This document shows, one piece after another, positions 59,782-64,000 of a stretch of 64,000 nucleotides of DNA. A program made the translations under genes and the position numbers. This DNA is from an uncultured Pseudomonadota bacterium. GTDB taxonomy: Bacteria > Pseudomonadota > Alphaproteobacteria > Rhizobiales > Xanthobacteraceae. The notes under the pieces were generated by a model, which had not been told where the DNA came from, searched no databases, and was given only the letters and a program-made list of their open reading frames with translations. The first letter of the stretch is position 1, and each line of letters starts with the position of its first letter. The DNA lies in assembly GCA_963747725.1 (NCBI GenBank), contig CAVVGD010000002.1:4424-68423 (forward strand). Direction: 5' to 3'.

Positions 59782-60570
59782 ATGGCGGGTGCGTTCGACG
59801 GAAAAATGGTGGTGGTCACCGGCGGCAGCCGCGGCATCGGCCGCGCCATGGCGGCGGCCTTCGCGCGCGATGGCGCGCAGACCGTGCTGGCCGCATCAAG
59901 CGCGGCCAATCTCGAGGCCGCGGCCAAGGCGATCGCCGAGACCGGCGCGCCCGCGCCGCTGACGGTGGCCGGCGACTTGCGCACGCTGAAGGGTTGCGAG
60001 GCGCTGTTCGCCGCGGTGAAAGACCGCTTCGGCCGTTGCGACGTGCTCATCAACAACGCCGGCGCCACCCGGGGCGGCAAATTCCTCGACCTGCCCGACG
60101 ACGCATGGACCGACGGCTTCGCCTTGAAGTACTTCGGCGCGGTGCGGCTGACGCGCCTGTTCTGGCCGCTGTTGAAGGAAGCACGCGGCAACCTCCTCTA
60201 CATCATCGGCGGCGCCGCGCGCACGCCGGGGCCGGACTTCCTGATCGGCGGGTCGGTCAACGCCGCGCTCGCGAACTTTGCCAAGGGGCTCGCCGCGCTC
60301 GGCAACCGCGACGACATCAACGTCAACGTCATCCATCCCGGCCAGACCGAGACCGACCGCGTGGTGCAGTTGTTCGAACAATTCGCCAAGGCGCAGGGCA
60401 AGACGCCCGACCAAGTACGCCAGGAGTCGCTGGCAAAGAGTGGCATCCGCCGTATCGGCCAGCCGGAGGACATCGCCGCGCTCGCCGTGTTCCTTTGCGG
60501 CAACGCGGCGCGCCATATCCAGGGCGCGGCCATTTCTGTCGATGGCGGCAACCAGCCGGGCTATTACTGA
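59782..60570 (+). CDS. short-chain dehydrogenase/reductase (SDR)
   Basis: The ATG at 59782 follows GGGGAGGG. Has VVTGGSRGIGRA and INNAG motifs. Confidence 0.85.
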   Translation: MAGAFDGKMVVVTGGSRGIGRAMAAAFARDGAQTVLAASSAANLEAAAKAIAETGAPAPLTVAGDLRTLKGCEALFAAVKDRFGRCDVLINNAGATRGGKFLDLPDDAWTDGFALKYFGAVRLTRLFWPLLKEARGNLLYIIGGAARTPGPDFLIGGSVNAALANFAKGLAALGNRDDINVNVIHPGQTETDRVVQLFEQFAKAQGKTPDQVRQESLAKSGIRRIGQPEDIAALAVFLCGNAARHIQGAAISVDGGNQPGYY

Positions 60571-61473
60571 CTACGAAAGCCCCTTCACGATATCGATGGC
60601 CCGCCGCAGCAGCGTCATTGACGCTTCCTGCGTGCGGAAAGCCGCATGCGAGGTCAGCGTGACGTTCGCCATCTTCGCCAGCGGGTGGTCGGGCTTCAGC
60701 GGCTCTTCATGGAAGACGTCGAGCCCGGCATGGCCGATCTGCCCGCTTTGCAGGGCGTCGATCAGCGCGGCCTCATCGGCGAGCGCGCCGCGCGCGGTGT
60801 TGACCAGGATCGCGCCCGGCTTCATGCGCTTGATGCGATCCTTGCTCAGGAAGCCGCGAGTCTGGTCGTTGAGCACCAGATTGAGTGACACCACGTCGGA
60901 CCGCGCCAGCAAGTCATCAATACTGACAAGTGGGCTGGTCGCATCGTCGCGGGCCGTGCGGTTATAGGCGATCACCTCCATGCCGATGCCGCGTCCGATA
61001 CGCGCCACCTCGCGGCCGATGCCGCCGAGTCCGACCACGCCCAGCGTCTTGCCTAGAAGCTGCATGCCCTCCTGTGGCGTCCACACGCCGGCGCGCACCT
61101 CGCGGTCCATGCGTGCGACATCCCGCGCCGCCGCGAACATCAGCGCGATGGTGTGCTCGGCAACGGCGGTGTCGCCATAGCCCTTGATGGTGTGCACGGT
61201 GACGCCGCGGCCTTTCAACTCCTCGGGATTCATGTAGCTCGCCGCGCCGGTGCCGAGGAACACGATGTGCTTGAGCGCGGGGCACTGCGCCACCAGTTCG
61301 GTCGGCATGTAGGAATGATCGTCGATCGCGACCGCATAGTCGCCGAGTACGCGCGGCAGCTCTTCGCGCGCGAACGGCGTTCGGTTGAGATCGATCTCGG
61401 GGTCGTCAGGGCGGATGACCTTGGCCCATACCGGGGCGAGCTGGTCGTTGCAGTCGATGAAGATGACTTTCAT
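60571..61473 (-). CDS. D-isomer-specific 2-hydroxyacid dehydrogenase family protein
   Basis: Starts MKVIFIDCNDQ. NAD motif GVVGLGGIGREVARIG, plus LVNTARG and GLDVFHEEP. Confidence 0.85.
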   Translation of the reverse strand: MKVIFIDCNDQLAPVWAKVIRPDDPEIDLNRTPFAREELPRVLGDYAVAIDDHSYMPTELVAQCPALKHIVFLGTGAASYMNPEELKGRGVTVHTIKGYGDTAVAEHTIALMFAAARDVARMDREVRAGVWTPQEGMQLLGKTLGVVGLGGIGREVARIGRGIGMEVIAYNRTARDDATSPLVSIDDLLARSDVVSLNLVLNDQTRGFLSKDRIKRMKPGAILVNTARGALADEAALIDALQSGQIGHAGLDVFHEEPLKPDHPLAKMANVTLTSHAAFRTQEASMTLLRRAIDIVKGLS

Positions 61474-61520
61474 GCCGGCAGTGTAGCGCAGCTCGCGGCT
61501 ACCAGGCACCACCTCTCTCC

Positions 61521-61614
61521 GTCACCCTGAGGTGCGTACGCAACGCGCACGCCTCGGAGGGGGGCGGCCGCCATCGTTCGAGGCTCGCCCTTTGTGCTCG
61601 CACCTCAGCATGAC
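61521..61614. repeat. REP-like palindromic element, GTCACCCTGAGGTGCG...CGCACCTCAGCATGAC class
   Basis: Terminal inverted repeats GTCACCCTGAGGTGCG / CGCACCTCAGCATGAC with GC-rich inner hairpins. Confidence 0.85.
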
Positions 61615-61639
61615 GGAGCAGCCGCTGTCTCAGCCGGGC

Positions 61640-62275
61640 CTAAAGCTGCACGATCTCGCCGAGGTCGTAATCGACGCCCGGGGGATTCTCGCCGATGCGC
61701 AGCGTCTTGTCGTTTTCGTAGCGATAGGGCGGCACCGGCAGGTTATAGGGCGCCGGCACGCCGGAAAACACGCGGCCGGCGAGATCGTATTTCGAACCGT
61801 GGCAGGGACAGAAATAACCTCCCAGCCAATCGCTTGTCGGCGTGGTCGGGTTCGGGTCGGGAAAGAATTTGGGAATGCAGCCGAGATGGGTACAGATGCC
61901 GACCAGTACGGCATATTCCGGCTTTGCCGAGCGGTGCCAGTTCTGCGCATAGGGCGGCTGCTGATGCACTTTCGAATCTGGATCGCTGAGCCGGTCGGTC
62001 ATCGTCTTTTCTTGCAGCACCTTGAGCAGTGCCGGCGTGCGGTTGACGATCAGGATCGGCTTGGAGCGCCAGAACACTTGGATCTGCTGGCCGGGCGAGA
62101 TCTTGCTGATATCAACCGAAATCGGTGCGCCGGCCGCGATGGTGGCGCGGTCGGGATTCATCTGGTCGATGAGCGGGATCAGGGTCGCTGCGGCGCCGAC
62201 AGCGCCAACGGCGGCTGTGGCGATATAGAGGAAGTCACGGCGGCTCGGCTGGTGGGTGCTGGCAGCGTCGGTCAC
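61640..62275 (-). CDS. Rieske iron-sulfur protein, ubiquinol-cytochrome c reductase PetA-like, without adjacent cytochrome b/c1 gene
   Basis: GTG start follows GAAGGA. Tat leader SRRDFLYIATAAVGAVGAAA. Rieske boxes CTHLGC and CPCHGS. Confidence 0.85.
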   Translation of the reverse strand: MTDAASTHQPSRRDFLYIATAAVGAVGAAATLIPLIDQMNPDRATIAAGAPISVDISKISPGQQIQVFWRSKPILIVNRTPALLKVLQEKTMTDRLSDPDSKVHQQPPYAQNWHRSAKPEYAVLVGICTHLGCIPKFFPDPNPTTPTSDWLGGYFCPCHGSKYDLAGRVFSGVPAPYNLPVPPYRYENDKTLRIGENPPGVDYDLGEIVQL

Positions 62276-62646
62276 AGGGCGGATCCTTCATTCATGCCGA
62301 TCGTCGTCCCCGGATTCTCCGTCGCTCATTGTTAATTTAACGCGTCGGGCCAGCAGCGTCACCCCCGCTGAAGGAACTTTGTCGGGCCGCGCTGGTTCCC
62401 TGATTGCAAAATATTTCGCCTCCCAGCGGTCGATTTCGCTTGTGTGCCTATGAACGTTGGATCAGCACGGTAATTCGCGCGAAGCGGGCAATCCATGGTG
62501 GTGGCCGCGCTGACACCCCTGCGTTGTTGACGGCTTCGCGCCTGCGGAATACATGCTGCTCGCGCGAAGCTCGCGCGATCTGCCAGCGAACCACCGACGA
62601 CGCTATGCCGCCCGCCGCGGTGGGCGCAGAGGTCTCAAGATTTGCG

Positions 62647-63504
62647 ATGAAACTTGCAAGCTACAGGGTTCGCGGACGTGACAGCTTCGGTGCTGTGGTC
62701 GGTGAGGGCGTCGTCGATCTCAAGCCGCGGCTCGCCCCGCGCTATCAAAACGTACTCGATCTGTTACGCCACGATGCACTTGATGTCGCCCGCGATGCGG
62801 TGCGCGGTGTGCGTGCGGATTTTCCGATGAGTGAAGTGGAATGGCTGGCTCCGGTGCTGGCGCCGGAGAAGATTTTGTGCATCGGCATCAACTACGCCAA
62901 CCGGAACGCCGACTTCGGTGACGTTGAGCCGCCGAAATATCCGAGCATGTTCTTCCGCACGCCGGCATCGCTGGTCGGCCACGAGCAGCCGCTGGTCATT
63001 CCGCACGAATCCGAGCAACTCGACTACGAAGGCGAGATCGCGCTGGTGATCGGCAAGACCGGCCGCCGCATCGCGCATGAGAACGCGCTCGATCATGTTG
63101 CCGGCGCCACCTTGTGTAACGAGGGCACCATCCGCGACTGGATTCGCCACGGAAAATTTAACGTAACCCAGGGCAAGAACTGGGACGCCACCGGCAGCAT
63201 CGGCCCCTGGCTGGTGACCAGCGATGAACTCGACTTGGCGCGACCCTTGCATCTTACTGTCCGCCTCAACGGCGACGTCACCCAGGACGACAGCACGGAC
63301 CACATGGTCAAGTCGTTTGCCGATCTGATCGCCTATATCAGCACCTTCACGACCTTGAGACCTGGCGACGTCATCGTCACCGGCACCCCGATCAAGCAAG
63401 GGCCGCGCAGCGATCCGCCGCGCTGGCTGCAGGCCGGTGACGTGCTCGAGATCGAAGCGCCAGGCATCGGCACTTTGCGTAACACGGTAATGGTAGAACA
63501 ATGA
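62647..63504 (+). CDS. fumarylacetoacetate hydrolase (FAH) family protein
   Basis: ATG at 62647 (MKLASYRVRGRDSFGAVV...). FAH-fold motifs include EGEIALVIGK and PGDVIVTGTP. Confidence 0.85.
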   Translation: MKLASYRVRGRDSFGAVVGEGVVDLKPRLAPRYQNVLDLLRHDALDVARDAVRGVRADFPMSEVEWLAPVLAPEKILCIGINYANRNADFGDVEPPKYPSMFFRTPASLVGHEQPLVIPHESEQLDYEGEIALVIGKTGRRIAHENALDHVAGATLCNEGTIRDWIRHGKFNVTQGKNWDATGSIGPWLVTSDELDLARPLHLTVRLNGDVTQDDSTDHMVKSFADLIAYISTFTTLRPGDVIVTGTPIKQGPRSDPPRWLQAGDVLEIEAPGIGTLRNTVMVEQ

Positions 63505-64000
63505 GTGAAGAAGACCGTAAAGCGGCATGCGTCATCGGCTGGCCGATAGCCCATTCGCGTTCTCCGCTGATCCACAATTACTGGATCAAGCAGCATAAGC
63601 TGAACGCCGAATACCGGCGCGAGGCGGTGCCGCCGGACAAAATCGCGGACTTTATCAAGAACCTGCGCGAGCACGGCTATGTCGGCGCGAATGTTACGGT
63701 GCCGCACAAGGAATCCGCGCTCGCGCTTTCAACGCCCGACGAGCGCGCCAAGGCGGTCGGCGCCGCCAACACGCTTTATTACGTCGATGATACGCTGCGC
63801 TCGACCAACAGCGACGTCGAGGGCTTTCTCGCTAATCTCGACGCCTCAGCGCCTGGCTGGGATCGCGGACTTGAGAGCGCGGTGGTGCTCGGTGGCGGCG
63901 GCGCCGCGCGCGCGGTGGTGTACGCATTGATTTCGCGCGAGGTCAAGCGCGTCTACGTGATCAACCGCACGCCGGAACGCGTCGAAGCGTTGAAGAAGCA
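63501..64000 (+). CDS. aroE: shikimate dehydrogenase, N-terminal part (runs off the window)
   Basis: ATGA overlap with the FAH gene stop. My own translation gives MSEEDRKAACVIGWPIAHSRSPLIHNYW...GANVTVPHKE...AANTL...NSDVEGF...VLGGGGAARAV. Not in the ORF track because there is no stop in the window. Confidence 0.75.
   Translation, partial: MSEEDRKAACVIGWPIAHSRSPLIHNYWIKQHKLNAEYRREAVPPDKIADFIKNLREHGYVGANVTVPHKESALALSTPDERAKAVGAANTLYYVDDTLRSTNSDVEGFLANLDASAPGWDRGLESAVVLGGGGAARAVVYALISREVKRVYVINRTPERVEALKK

Overview
GC-rich alphaproteobacterial chromosomal segment. It looks Bradyrhizobiaceae-like, which I infer from gene content and the abundant GTCAT...ATGAC REP-type palindromes; I ran no database search. 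I can support about 60 protein-coding genes. I saw no rRNA, tRNA, CRISPR array, transposase, integrase, phage gene, toxin-antitoxin pair or recognisable defence system.

Content is mostly solute uptake and catabolism:
- Three complete Liv-like (HAAT family) ABC transporter loci at 19.0-23.8, 27.3-32.0 and 33.1-38.2 kb. They are interleaved with an M20 amidase, a cupin, a FAD monooxygenase, an ACMSD-like amidohydrolase, a TauD-type dioxygenase and a CocE/NonD hydrolase.
- A dehydrogenase / GST-zeta / GFA block at 40.4-44.6 kb.
- A lysR gene immediately followed by a large P-loop protein of unknown function at 44.7-47.5 kb.
- A catabolic block at 47.7-61.5 kb: M24 hydrolase, PEP-utilising-type phosphotransferase, dehydrogenases, HisD paralog, cyclase, secreted isochorismatase and a three-subunit molybdenum hydroxylase.
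- Housekeeping-type genes: aatA-like aminotransferase, an EF-G paralog, msrP and aroE.

The most unusual observations, none of which I can name as a described system:
1. A 76-78 nt hairpin repeat family with CTAGTG...CACTAG termini. It occurs twice as head-to-head pairs with an identical 13-nt spacer, and once alone.
2. About 18 single-base frameshift lesions. Fourteen are packed into four consecutive genes at 49.4-53.2 kb, and almost all are +1 insertions. This is either a local sequence-quality artefact or very recent operon decay.
3. A REP element read through in frame inside a GT87/DUF2029 membrane protein gene.
4. An orphan strong intrinsic terminator (sRNA candidate) in a 780-bp intergenic region.
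5. A roughly 600-aa protein with an unknown N-terminal domain and a P-loop kinase-like C-terminal half, apparently co-transcribed with lysR.

I did not find a clear novel multi-gene system. The items above are leads, not demonstrations.
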